This document shows positions 22,953-36,800 of a DNA stretch of 64,000 nt, piece after piece (position 1 is the first letter of the stretch; every line of letters starts with the position of its first letter). The stretch comes from Macrostomum lignano (lineage: Eukaryota). The position numbers were made by a program, and so were the translations under genes. The notes beneath the pieces are model-generated. The model saw only the letters and a list, made by a program, of their open reading frames with translations, was not told where the DNA came from and searched no databases. The stretch is taken from positions 120,354 to 184,353 of the forward strand of contig NIVC01002320.1 of NCBI GenBank assembly GCA_002269645.1. The letters run 5' to 3'.

Positions 22953-25900
22953 TCAGAGAGCCTTAAGCGACACGTAGCTCTGCAGCTGGTTGGGCAGCGG
23001 CAGCTTATTAACCTTGTGCTTCATAGAATCAGTGTGCCCCAGAGCCCGTTGGATCTCGTTGCGGCACAGCCGTTTCAAAGAGCGCACGTTGCACTCCTCC
23101 CTGTGCAGCCAGTCGGAGAAGTCCTGATCAGCGTAGATGATCTTGTCCGGTATGATCTGGTTCTCCAACAGCCAGCGGGTGAAGGCCTGCAGGTTAAGCG
23201 GGTCGCAGCCGTGCGACAGCAGCAGCTTGACCATGGGGATGTCCAGCTTGGGGAACTTCACGGCCATGTGCAACGGCGCCAAGCCGTCCTTGTCGCAGCG
23301 GTTCACCTGGGCGCCGTGCTTGATGAGCTTGTCGGCGATGGCCAGGTGGCCGTGCAGCACGGCGATGTACAGAGGAGTTTTGCCGTTGCGGTCGGCGGCG
23401 TTCACGTCGGAGCCGTGGCGCAGCAGCAGGTCGACAATGTCGGTGCGGCCGTGATAGGTGGCCACGTACAGCGGGGTCTTCTTGTGCGTGTCCGGCTGGT
23501 CAACGTCAGCCTCGGAGCGGAGCAGAGCCTGCACAATCTCCAGGTGGCCAAAGTAGGCAGCGATGTACATTGGCGATTTCAGCTCCTTGTTGGGCAGGTG
23601 AACATCGGCGCCCTTGGAGAGGAAATAATTGACAAGCTCGACATGGCCGCGGCTGGTTGCCAGGTACAGCGGCGACCGGCCGTACGAGTCCGTGCTATTG
23701 ATTGACGCGTTGCCCTACAGGTAGGCGGCAGGTAAGTATGCTCAAACTTTCATTAGGATTCCCTTAAAGACGAAGCGGCAATGCGCCTGGCCCAAGGACT
23801 ACTTAAGTAAAGGGAATGGAAACTACGGTTCTTGGAACATTATCAGGCAGGCTTTATCAAAAAAATACTATATGGAGATTGGATTTCATTTGGTCAGCAC
23901 AAAAATTGTCATTGCTTTTGATAGGAAGTAGACCCGATGTTTATTTCGTATGTCCTGCCTTTGTTATAGCTCGATTGATAGTCATAAAGCTTTTCGTTTA
24001 GAAAATTAAGATTATATGTTAGTTTTATTATAACTTTATTAACGGCTGACTTTGACATAGGTAACCCGTTGAAAACGCTAGAGAGTGATAGCAAACAACC
24101 CACTAGTCACTCGAACGACTCTTAATGTGGCTTTTTAACGACTCAAAAACGACTGTAATGCGACGGAGAGGTGACTGTTGAGTCACAAACGCATCACGCG
24201 AGAATCGTAAGAGTCGCGGAAAAAGTCATCCAAGAGTCTTTGTGTTAGCGCGTAACTTTCGAAATGACTCTATACATTTCGCAGACAATAAAACGCCCCA
24301 AATTGATTTTTTGGCGACTTGTTCTGGGACATCTTGGTCGTTTTGGAGTCGTCTAGAGTCATTTCTTTGCTACGTCGTATTCTACATGCGTTAACTCTGA
24401 AACGATTCTGGGGCGACGCAAGCGACTCTGGGACGCTTCTTCACCGTCTTCATCGGGTAATGGTTAGCACTGGCCATCTATAGATTGCGAATAGGGAGTG
24501 TCTATAAATAAACAAATCAATTCCTTGGCTGACACAGAGGGAGTCAAATTTTACCGCTAGGTAGCTAATAGCTACAAAGCCAGGCTCCACTGGATCGATG
24601 CAGTCAAACTGGCGCACCTCATAAGGCTGGAAAATCAATGTAATCCAATCTATAATACTTCTCTCTCACCTGTCCTAATAGGAGCTGAGTCATTGACAGG
24701 CAGCCAGTGTAGGCAGCGTGGTGCAGAGCAGTCATGCCCTGCTTGTCAGTCTTGCTGGCTGAGCTGCCGGCGGCCAGAAGCAGGGCTGCCAGGCCCACTC
24801 CGCTGGCGCCCAGCTCGGCGGCAATCATGAGCGGCGTCATGCCGATCTGGTCGGTGTCCTCCAGCCGCAACGACTCCGACTTCAGCAGGGCGCCAACTAC
24901 CGCCTCGCGTCGGTCCTTCACCGCTGAGGTGAGCGCCGTGTCGCCGCTCTCGCTTTTCAGGTTGACATTGACGCTGGGGAACTGAACCATCTCGGCGGCG
25001 ATCTGGGCGCTGGCCCGGTGCAGCGGGGCCAGGCCGTCGGTGTCCAGCAGGTTGGGATTGCAGTCGTTTTGCAGCAGGGCTCGGCAGGTGGCGCGGTACT
25101 TCTCAGAGGTCTGCGTGGCTATGAGGTGCAGCCCCGTTTGCAAGTGCTGGTTGCGCATGTTCACGTCCGCGTTGGACTTCACCTGGACGGATGGGGGTTG
25201 GGTGCTCAATAATCCTGTTGGTGGGGACTAAAGATCTGGGAGGGTGGGGACTCGATCTGGGATCTGAGAGGGGGTGGAGACAATCTAGGGATCTGGGAGG
25301 GACTCGATCTAGGGATCTAGGAGGGTGGGGATTCGATGTAGGGATCTAAGAGGGTTGGATACTTAATCTAGGGATCTGGGAGGGTTGGGGACTCAATCTA
25401 GGGATCTGGGAAGGTGGGGATTCGATGTAGGGACCTAAGAGGGTAGGAGACTAATATAAAGATCTGGGAGGGTTGGGGACTCAATCTAGGGATTTGGGAG
25501 GGTTGTAGACTCAATCTAGGGATTTGGGAGGGTTGGGGACTCAATCTAAGGATCCGGGAGGTTTGGAGACTTAATCTAGGGATCTGGGAGGGTGAGGATT
25601 CAATGTAGGGACCTAAGAGGGTAGAAGACTAATATAAAGATCTGGGAGGGTTGGGGACTCATTCTAAGGATTTGGGAGGGTTGTAGACTCAATCTAGGGA
25701 TCTGGGACGGTGGGGACTCAATTTAAGGATCTGGGAGGGTTGGGGACTCAATCTAGGGATCTTGGAAGGTGGGGATTCGATGTAGGGACCTAAGAGGGTA
25801 GGAGACTAATATAAAGATCTGGGAGGGTTGGGGACTCAATCTAGGGATTTGGGAGGGTTGTAGACTCAATCTAGGGATCTGGGAGGGTGGGGATTCAATG

Positions 25901-28192
25901 TAGGGACCTAAGAGGGTAGGATACTTAATATAAAGATCTGGGAGGGTTGGGGACTCAATCTAGGGATTTGGGAGGGTTGGGGACTCAATCTAAGGATCTG
26001 GGAGGTTTGGGGACTCAATCTAGGGATCTGGGAAGGTGGGGATTCGATGTAGGGATCTAGGAGGGTTGGAGACTTAATCCAGGGATCTGGGAGGGTGAGG
26101 ATTCAATGTAGGGACCTAAGAGGGTAGGAGACTAATATAAAGATCTGGGAGGGTTGGGGACTCAATCTAGGGATTTGGGAGGGTTGTAGACTCAATCTAG
26201 GGATCTGGGAGGGTTGGGGACTCAATCTAAGGATCCGGGAGGTTTGGAGACTTAATCTAGGGATCTGGGAGGGTGAGGATTCAATGTAGGGACCTAAGAG
26301 GGTAGGAGACTAATATAAAGATCTGGGAGGGTTGGGGACTCATTCTAAGGATTTGGGAGGGTTGTAGACTCAATCTAGGGATCTGGGACAGTGGGGACTC
26401 ATTCCAAGGATCTGGGAGGGTTGAGGACTCAATCTAGGGATCTGGGAGGGTGGGGATTCGATGTAGGGACCTAAGAGGGTAGGAGACTAATATAAAGATC
26501 TGGGAGGGTTGGGGACTCAATCTAGGGATTTGGGAGGGTTGGGGACTCAATCTAGGGATCTGGGACAGTGGGGACTCATTCCAAGGATCTGGGAGGGTTG
26601 AGGACTCAATCTAGGGATCTGGGAGGGTTGGGGACTCAATCTAGGGATCTGGGAAGGTGGGGATTCGATGTAGGGATCTAGGAGGGTTGGAGACTTAATC
26701 CAGAGATCTGGGAGGGTGGGGATTCAATCTAAGGATCCGGGAGGTTTGGAGACTTAATCTAGGGATCTGGGACGGTGGGGACTCAATCCAAGGATCTGGG
26801 AGGGTTGAGGACTCAATCTAGGGATCCGGGAGGGTTGAGGACTCAATCTAGGGATCTGGGAGGGTTGGGGACTCAATCTAGGGATCTGGGAGGGTTGGGG
26901 ACTCAATCTAGGGATCCGGGAGGGTTGAGGACTCAATCTAGGGATCTGGGAGGGTTGAGGACTCAATCTAGGGATCCGGGAGGGTTGAGGACTCAATCTA
27001 GGGATTTGGGAGGGTTGAGGACTCAATCTAGGGATCCGGGAGGGTTGGGGACTCAATCTAGGGATCTGGGAGGGTTGAGGACTCAATCTAGGGATCCTGG
27101 AGGGTTGGGGACTCAATCTAGGGATCTGGGAGGGTTGAGGACTCAATCTAGGGATTTGGGAGGGTTGAGGACTCAATCTAGGGATCTGGGAGGGTTGAGG
27201 ACTCAATCTAGGGATCTGGGACGGTGGGGACTCAATCTAAGGATCTGGGAGGGCTGGGGACTCAATCTAGGGATCTGGGAGGGTTGAGGACTCAATCTAG
27301 GGATTTGGGAGGGTTGAGGACTCAATCTAGGGATCCGGGAGGGTTGGGGACTCAATCTAGGGATCCGGGAGGGTTGGGGACTCAATCTAGGGATCTGGGA
27401 GGGTTGAGGACTCAATCTAGGGATCTGGGACGGTGGGGACTCAATCTAAGGATCTGGGAGGGCTGGGGACTCAATCTAGGGATCTGGGAGGGTTGAGGAC
27501 TCAATCTAGGGATCTGGGAGGGTTGAGGACTCAATCTAGGGATCCGGGAGGGTTGAGGACTCAATCTAGGGATCCGGGAGGGTTGAGGACTCAATCTAGG
27601 GATCTGGGAGGGTTGAGGACTCAATCTAGGGATCCGGGAGGGTTGAGGACTCAATCTAGGGATCCGGGAGGGTTGAGGACTCAATCTAGGGATCCGGGAG
27701 GGTTGAGGACTCAATCTAGGGATCCGGGAGGGTTGAGGACTCAATCTAGGGATCCGGGAGGGTTGAGGATTCGATGTAGGGAGGGTAGAAAAATTGAGAG
27801 CCTGGAAGGTTAACCAGAGAAGAAGTGCAGTATCGAACATGCTTCTGTGGCTGGCATAGTTAATCTAACAAACAACTGACCAGCAGTTCGATAATTTCAG
27901 TCCGTCCATAAGTTGCAGCCTGCAGCAGCGGGTAGGTTGGCGCATCGTACACGTGTATGTTGGCGCCAGCCTTCAACAACAGCTTGACCATCTGCACGTG
28001 GCCGAGTTCGACGGCCAAATTAAGGGGACAGACGCCGTCAATAACCATGCTGGGATCCACATCGTTGGGATAAGAGAACAGATAAGTCAGGGTTTCAACA
28101 TTGTTAGAGCGGATGGCGCCGCGCAGCAACCAGGGTATTTGCTGCTTGGAGATCTGCGGCTTGTGGCGGTGCTTAGAGTAGCGCTGGCCCAT
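22953..28192 (-). CDS. Ankyrin repeat and SOCS box (ASB-like) protein, 3 coding exons, ~528 aa
   Basis: Exons 28192-27881, 25182-24670, 23714-22953 (phase 0,0; 1587 nt). Many TPLHxA/GHxxIVxxLL ankyrin motifs; C-terminal SOCS box VRSLKRLCRNEIQRALG...LPLPNQLQSYV. Confidence 0.92.
24064..24458. mobile_element. MITE-like element (~395 bp) in ASB intron 2
   Basis: Imperfect terminal inverted repeats acccgttgaaaacg / cgtcttcatcgggt; interior rich in gactc/gagtc motifs arranged roughly symmetrically. Confidence 0.55.
25225..27780. repeat. 30-bp G-rich minisatellite filling ASB intron 1
   Basis: Unit gggatctgggagggttg(a/g)ggactcaatcta; degenerate at low coordinates, homogeneous at high coordinates. 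Confidence 0.97.
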
Positions 28193-29732
28193 CTGCCTGG
28201 CAACAGCCGCATGTGCTGCAGAATGCAATTTCGAGTAGCAGACATTCGCAACAAGTTTTTGGCTTTTATAAGCAGATTAAATCATATATATATTGGATTC
28301 ATATATATTTTAAAGATATTTATAGGTAGGAAATACCTGACCCACTACAAAACGCCAGCTGTGTGAACTAGAGTTCAGCTTAATTGGCTATTTTATCACT
28401 GCAACTACCTTGAAAAGTAACACTAAGACTATTTTAACTGCATACTAACCATGACCAATCATTTTTAACTCAGCATTGGTAATGAACACTCTAATGCAAT
28501 AGGCTATCAACCTCATTACATGGAATATTCTTAACAAAATATTTACCCATATAAAATGCTAAACAAGGACCACTAGTATAACAGGATAGAAAACTCAAAG
28601 ATTGTTTAATTTTTGGAGGCCAATTTTCTAGAAAAAAATATTTTTTATCACAAAATCAATAATTGAATTTGAGATAAGACAGTGAAGATTATCATTCTTT
28701 TAATTTAGCATTGGATAACATGCTATTCTATTGTAGTTTAGAGTTGTGCATTTGAGTTGTATTTTAAAGATATTAATTTTTAAGCTAAACATAAGCCTAG
28801 ATTTTATCACAAATATAATTGATTCAAGAAGAAACAAAACAAGTTTAGCCTATGCCACCTATAAGTATTAATATAACTATTAAACAAGCATTCTAAGCCT
28901 GTTTTATGTTTAACATAAAAAGTATATTTTAAAATTTGTAACTTATTATAGAAGAAACAAGATAATATATAGCTAATAAAAAGAAATATCATATTGAAAA
29001 TGTTATAATTATATTATCCAAAGTAATTATCAAAAAGAAGCCATATTTGAATTTGGATATCATTATTTTCTAATAATTTAAAACATTTTAAATGATTAGT
29101 CACATAATCATATTATCTCAAACTATGCAATACAAGTCTAGCCATATAGTAGGTTTTAGTATAATAGATGTTTTTACTAGTAAAGATAGGGGCCTTAGCT
29201 TTAATTGATCATAATACATTAAAATCCTGTAAAAATTTCAAATTTCTAAAAAAGAATCTAGCATTTATTTGTATCATTAATAAAATTATTATAAAATAAG
29301 AATATTATAAAAATAAAAATAATTTATGGTATAAATATGTAGAAGGGCCTATGTTTATTCCTAGAAAATTAGTTTCCGCGAAATTAAATTCCCGCCAAAA
29401 TAACAAGTACCGTATGATTTGTTTTAATTTGTAAATTTGTTTTACTGAATAATATTTTGTTTTAATGATGCGAATAATTTGTTTTAGCTATTCATTTGTT
29501 TTAATGTTAGATATGTAAGCCAATGGAACAAGACTCTAACTAGTATAAATACAAGGCCAAAATAAAACGAAACCTCGACCTTTTTCGGGTTCCTAACTCA
29601 GTTAACAGGAAATTAAGATTTCTTGGTTCTTCTGAATTAGTCCTTTGAAGCAGTATTGCAGACTAAGTTACCGTGTTGGATAGCAAAGAGCGTTTTGCCA
29701 GTATAATGATAAGCAGGGATTGCCAGTAAAGA

Positions 29733-29856
29733 GGGTGGAATACCCAGTGTAAAGGGTGGAATACCCAGTGTAGAAGGGTGGAATACCCAGTGTAGAAGGG
29801 TGGAATACCCAGTGTAGAAGGGTGGAATACCCCGTGTAAAGGTTGGATTACCCAGG
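29733..29856. repeat. 21-22-bp tandem repeat, ~6 copies, between the divergent ASB and FAM184 starts
   Basis: Unit gggtggaatacccagtgta(g)aa. Confidence 0.9.
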
Positions 29857-30876
29857 AGGGGAGAATTTTCAGGTTGCTCAGATTAGTGTGATGCAGTTCT
29901 AAGTCGTGAGAGACAGTAATAAAAGAAGCCGGAAACCCCTTGGTCTGTGGTAAATGCCGTGTTTGGACTGGATAATTTTAGGAATTTAGCAGTAGTCAGC
30001 AGTGTCTTGCCGCTTGGGCACTGAAGCTACCAAGGGTAACTCGTAGCGACGATAGCCCATAATGTAAAAGTACATGTAAGTATAGAAATAGGATTCTTAG
30101 AAATAGCAAACTTAGCAGATTTAGTACAGTTCAGTGATTAAACTTTAGAATTAAATAGAGAGAGTCAGAAGGCCTGCTACAACTTGGTATCAGCTGTGGG
30201 ATCCAGTAGAAATAGAGAGAACGCCTACGACAACTTTGTGGCATTTAGTGGGATTCTGAGAGATAGAGGAAGCAGGCCTACTACAAATATATTTGACAAT
30301 TTTTATTATTACAGTAGGCTAGGCCTATCTATTTAAATATTAGAATGGCTAATTTTATTGTCTACACTTAAGACAAATATGCTTATGCTATCTGGGCTTA
30401 AGGTTATAACTTAATGTAAACATATAAGTAGTGAATGTGAAAAACTTATTTCTATAATCATTATACATAAAAAATCTTTCTTTAAGTAATTGACTTTTAA
30501 ACTAAAGTACATTACCCATTACCGAATCCACTCATATGCTAAAATATTCGACTACACTGTAGCACAGAAGTGGAACTGGAGCCTTAAGAAAGCTTCTATT
30601 ATATCGAATCAATTATTTAAGCCAATTTCAGCTAATATTATTGTAATTTAAAAGTTATCAAAACGATAGACGCGTTGTAAGTTATAACAAATTTGACTAT
30701 ATTTTTATGTATAATGCAGGATACTATTTCTTAAACGTCATGAAAATCTAATTTTGTATGTTTTAACTAAAATAAACTTCTTTAAACAACTAATGTATTT
30801 GCTTACAGTGGATACCGCGCGCAAATTGTAGATTTCCATTTCTCAGCATTTTTTCATCGTCACTGCAAAGATCACC

Positions 30877-33800
30877 ATGTCGGCCACGACTGCCGGCTAC
30901 AAGATGTCTGAAAAGCAATATGCTAGCGGCAACTTCACAAGTGATGAAGTTCCGCATGAGATTCATGTGAAAATGAGCAAGAAAATTGCTCAGCTTACCA
31001 AGGTAAGGCAAGGGCTAGCTTTGAAAAATAACATTAGCTCAAGCATTGCGCTACTGTTAAAAATTCGTTTGCACCTGCGTCACTACAGTTCAATTCTGAT
31101 TGCAAGCCCATTTTCTGCTTTGAACCTTTCTAAACGCTAATAAGTATTGAACGGGTGTACAATCTAAAGCAACACGCGAATACTTAAGTTGTAGTCTTGT
31201 AGACTGTGCAATGCAGAATTATGTAGACACTACCATGAAGTATAAGATATGTGAACATAAACATTGCAACTCTAATTTATAACAGCAATTCAGCTCGTAA
31301 ATCGCTTCGCTTTACCAGAAATTTTAAATAATTCTTCCATTTTTACTTTTTGTTGCAAAACTTGATACAGAAAATATTGTTCGTCTTCAATATAATTTAT
31401 TAAACATTGAATAGATTCAAAATATTCAATACGCAAATTTTTTTGCTACTTTTAATCACAATTTAAAAAAATTATGCTGTTATTCTTATTTACCCAGCAG
31501 GGAATTTCAGCCCAAATCATCATAGATCAAGGCAAGATGCGATTTTTATTTAGCTCGTATCTTATCACAGAAGTAAAAAGTTCAATGCTGAAATCCTTCC
31601 TACAGTGTGCTTTTCATGATAATCAAATGTTTAAAGACGTCACAGAGTTCTCATCTAAAATTGCTTCTTGGCCTTGGCCTCTATTCTCACTAATCAATCG
31701 CACGTTGAGCATACATTTTCACTAATAAAACCGTTGGTATAATTCATATAATTAATAAGGACAATAACCGAAGGTTGATAATACATAAAACTTAAAGTAA
31801 ATTCAACATTTTTAAATTCCTGATCGAAGTATATGTAGTGAGACAGCACCGCAATCAAGTAAATAGTTATTTGAAGCTGGAAGAAACAGCTAACAAGCGT
31901 ATGACAAAAATGAACATAGTTTAAAAATATTATATGTGAATATTTTATTTAATTTCTTATAAACTATTTTTTACTTCTTCATTTATTTTAAACCATTGTT
32001 AACTAATTAAAAATCTAATATTTTTGTAAGATTCAATAATTTAGAAAAACCTGGATAGATATGAATATGCATGCAATAGATTAATAAGGCCATTCCAATA
32101 GTTCTAAAAGTGGATCAATGATGGGTATTTTCAAGTCAAACATCATTGCTCAATGTTTTATTTCTCCTAATCAGCAGAAGCCAATTTCGAATATCCTCAC
32201 TGCGCATATAAAATCAGCTGTAACAAATTATAAATCGCCATGAATAAATAATGGCATGCAAAACAACCAACTCTGGCACAAAGCATTGCTGTGCATTGCT
32301 GACTTGGGCACCCGATTGCCTCATTCAACTTCACCAGGTGATCTACGCACTCAACACGAAGAACGATGAGCACGAAGCTCTGGTAGACGCCCTCAAAAAA
32401 CAGCACGCGGCCGAGCTGGAGAAAGTCCTGGCCAGCAGCCGGGAGAAGCTGGCCCGTTGCCAGAGCCTCATCGGTCAGGACAGCGAGTACAGGCGGCGCA
32501 TCGGCCAACTGGAGGGCTCGCTGGCCGAGGCGCAAGAGCGGCAGGCGGCCAGTCAGCGCGAATTCGCCGACTTCAAAGTTCGAGCTGAGAGCCGCGAAAG
32601 AGAGCTGGCGCAGCAGCAGGCGCAAAAGGTTGGCTGGCCTGACTGAATGCCTGGCTTGAAATGCTTGTGAAGCCAGTTGGCTATGGATGTTGAGTTTCCC
32701 AAATCCTAGCTAAGAACTCAGGATTTATACAGCTGAGTATCTCGAAAAAATCAGGATGAAATCCGTTCATCCCATTTCATGATGGTGGGTGTTCACGATC
32801 GCGAAAATCAATGACGGAATTTAAGCTCCAGAACAACCATCGAACTCAGATGTCTCTGGTGAGCACACAATCCTGACACCACAAATCTGACACCATAATC
32901 CTGACACCACAAATCTGACAAAAAAATCCTGACACCACAATCCTGACACCACAAATCTGACACCATAATCCTGACACCACAAATCTGACACCATAATCCT
33001 GACACCACAAATCTGACACCATAATCCTGACACCACAAATCTGACACCACAATCCTGACACCACAAATCTGACACCATAATCCTGACACCACAAATCTGA
33101 CACCATAATCCTGACACCACAAATCTGACACCATAATCCTGACACTACAAATCTGACACCATAATCCTGACACCACAAATCTGACACCATAATCCTGACA
33201 CCACAAATCTGACAAAAAAATCCTGACACCACAATCCTGACACCACAAATCTGACACCATAATCCTGACACCACAAATCTGACACCATAATCCTGACACC
33301 ACAAATCTGACACCATAATCCTGACACCACAAATCTGACACCATAATCCTGACACCACAAATCTGACACCATAATCCTGACACCACAAATCTGACAAAAA
33401 AATCCTGACACCACAAACCTGACACCATAATCCTGACGCCATAAATCTGACAAAAAAATCCTGACACCACAAACCTGACACCATAATCCTGACGCCATAA
33501 TCCTGACGCCATAAATCTGACAAAAAAATCCTGACACCACAAATCTGACAAAAAAATCCTGACACCACAAACCTGACACCATAATCCTGACGCCATAAAT
33601 CTGACACCATAATCCTGACACTACAAATCTGACACCATAATCCTGACACCACAAATCTGACACCATAATCCTGACACCACAAATCTGACAAAACAATCCT
33701 GACACCACAAATCTGACACCATAATCCTGACACCACAAATCTGACACCATAATCCTGACACCACAAATCTGACACCATAATCCTGACACCACAAATCTGA

Positions 33801-36800
33801 CACCATAATCCTGACACCACAAATCTGACACCATAATCCTGACACCACAAATCTGACAAAACAATCCTGACACTACAAATCTGACACCATAATCCTGACA
33901 CCACAAATCTGACACCATAATCCTGACACCACAAATCTGACAAAACAATCCTGACACTACAAATCTGACACCATAATCCTGACACCACAAATCTGACACC
34001 ATAATCCTGACGCCATAAATCTGACACCATAATCCTGACACCACAAATCTGACACCATAATCCTGACACCACAAATCTGACACCATAATCCTGACAACAC
34101 AAACCTGACATCATAAACCTGAAACCAGAAATCTGACAACCGAAAAATCTGACACCATAAACCTGACACAAGAAATCTGACACCACAAACCTGACAATAA
34201 AATCCTGACACCACAAATCTGACACCATAAACCTGACAATAAAATCCTGACACCACAAATCTGACACCACAAACCTGACAATAAAATCCTGACACCACAA
34301 ATCTGACAATCACAAATGTGACACCACAAACCTGACACCAGAAACCTGACACGACAAAACAAAACCAAAAACCTGACACAACAAATCTGATAACCACAAA
34401 CCTGACAATCACAAACCTGACACCACAAACCTGACACCACAAACCTGACACCACAAACCTGACACCACAAACCTGACACCACAAACCTGACACCACAAAC
34501 CTGACACCACAAACCTGACACCACAAACCTGACACCACAAACCTGACACCACAAACCTGACACCACAAACCTGACACCACAAACCTGACACCACAAACCT
34601 GACACCACAAACCTGACACCACAAACCTGACAATCACAAACCTGACACCACAAACCTGATGCCACAAACCGGACACCACAAACCTGACACCACAAACCTG
34701 ACACCACAAATCTGACACCACAAACCTGATGCTACAAACCTGATGCTACAAACCTGACACCACAAACCTGACACCACAATCCTGACACCACAAATCTGGT
34801 ACCACAAACCTGACACCACAAACCTGACACCACAAACCTGACACCACAATCCTGACACCACAAATCTGGTACCACAAACCTGACACCACATACCTGACAC
34901 CACAAACCTGACACCACAATCCTGACACCACAAACCTGACACCACAAACCTGATGCCACCGAGTTCGAGAGTTTGAATGGAAAGAAAAGTTTTGGTCTTC
35001 ATTTTCCACATGCGTCACCATCATGGAACGCGTTGACGGAATAAAGTTCTGCGAACTCTGAAAAAATATTTTAAAAATTCTCAAAATGAATCTGAAAAAA
35101 ATTTGTGCATTTGCGAAACCCCAAGACTGTGAATTTTTTTCGTGTTAACCATTATGTGTCTTAAGCACCGCATTTAGTACCTTTGATTTCATTTACAACG
35201 TAACTCCGCTCAGGCGAAGGACATGACCAAACAGGTGGCGGAAATCCAGGAGGCCTACGACCGCGCAATCGAGAGATTCCAGGGCCTGCTGGGCGAGGCC
35301 AAGACCGCAAAACAGCGGGCCCTCGACGAACAGAAGGCTGCCTATGAGAAGAAACTCGATGAGGTGAACCGCAGTCAGAAAGACATTGAGGCCTCGCTGA
35401 ACGGTGCAACCCAGAAGGTGCACGAGAACTACAAGGCTGAGATTGACGGCCTGCGCACTCGTCTTGAGCAGGAGCAGGCAGGCCGCGGCAAGGACTCGCA
35501 GGACTACGAGGACAAACTGAAGAAACAGCAGCAGTTCCACCAGAAGGAGATCGAGGCGCTCAAATCGCAGCTGGAGTCCGGCAAAGCCGAGGAGCTGGAC
35601 CGGCTCAAGCGGCAGCACGACGAGCTGCGCAAGGAGCACCTGGCGCACCAGGCCGACGCTAGGAAGGAGCGCCAGGGCCTCATCGAGAAGCTGGCAAAGG
35701 CGGAGGACTTGGTCGAGCAGCTGCGCCAGGACCTCAACAATGTCGGACTGTCTGACTCGGCCAAGGACGCTGAGATTTCTCGCCTTTCAGCGGAGGTTCG
35801 TTTGAGTTTATTTGCATTTTTCTATCAATCCTAACCTTGGTTTCGATAATACTCGCCCCTAATCTTTGCACTTCCAGCTCAAGACATCGTCAGAAGAACT
35901 GAAATCGCAGCAAGAATCGGTGAGAAGTCTGCGCATCGAGCTGCAGACTGCAACAGAAAAGTGCGAGCAGCAGCTCAATGATATTGTGCAGAAATCTGGT
36001 GAGTCTTTGACTTTTTAACAAACACTTAAGCCTCCTTGGTCATAGAGAACAGGGCACTTTAATGAGAATTCTCTTCTCACCCGTAGAGTCCATCGGTGAG
36101 CTGCAGGCGGCGGTGCTTCAGCACGAGGGCACGATTAAGCGCCAAGCGGAGGAGCTGGCCCAGCTGCAGCGCCGATGGGAAGACCAGGAGCGGCAGCAGA
36201 GCGACAAAGGCCGCGAACAGGACGGGCTGCTGCGGCAGGCGGAGAAGCAGGCGCAGCGCTTGGAACAGCAGCTGCAACAGCTGCGCGAAGAGAAAATGCA
36301 AGCGGAACGGCAGGCAGAGGAGGAGAGGCAGCGGCTTGTAGCCGAAATGGACTCCAAGGAGCGGGCGCTCCTGCAGAAGCAGGACAAGGAAGCCAAGCAA
36401 GCCCTGAAAAAGTATCAGGACGAGCTGAAGAAGCAGAAAGCCGGCTTCGATTCCGAGATTGAACTGCTAAACAAAGAGAACTCTAGCAAGCTTGAGCTGA
36501 TGCAAAACGCTGCGGAGAAGGAGAAGAAGGAGGCTCAGAAGGAGCTTTCCCGGTTGAAGCGCGAGCTCGAGGCGCAACTGAAAGCGCGCGATGAAAAGCT
36601 GCGCGAGCTGGAACGCCAGCTGCGGGACAAGGAGTCCGGCCTTGGCAGCGTCTCTGAGACCATGGAGGCGCTGAAGGCGGAGAAAGCGCGGCTGCAGGCG
36701 GAGGCCGAAGAAGCGGTCGGTCGCGCCAAAGTTGAAGCGGCAGAGGCAGCGAGACTGCGGCAGGAGCTGGAGCGGCTGCGGTCGGTTTATGAGCAACGGC

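Noticed and set aside
22950-23705. 251-aa plus-strand ORF antisense to the ASB last exon (similarly 35193-37891 antisense to FAM184)
   Set aside because: Typical antisense shadows of GC-rich coding sequence.
23793-23834. Possible third complete mini-element ending in actacggttcttg
   Set aside because: The right end is a poor match and the flanks (gcctggcc vs gaacatta) are not duplicated.
32808-35084. Cys-rich ORFs (VSGLWCQ)n on the minus strand
   Set aside because: Antisense translation of the FAM184 intron-2 satellite.
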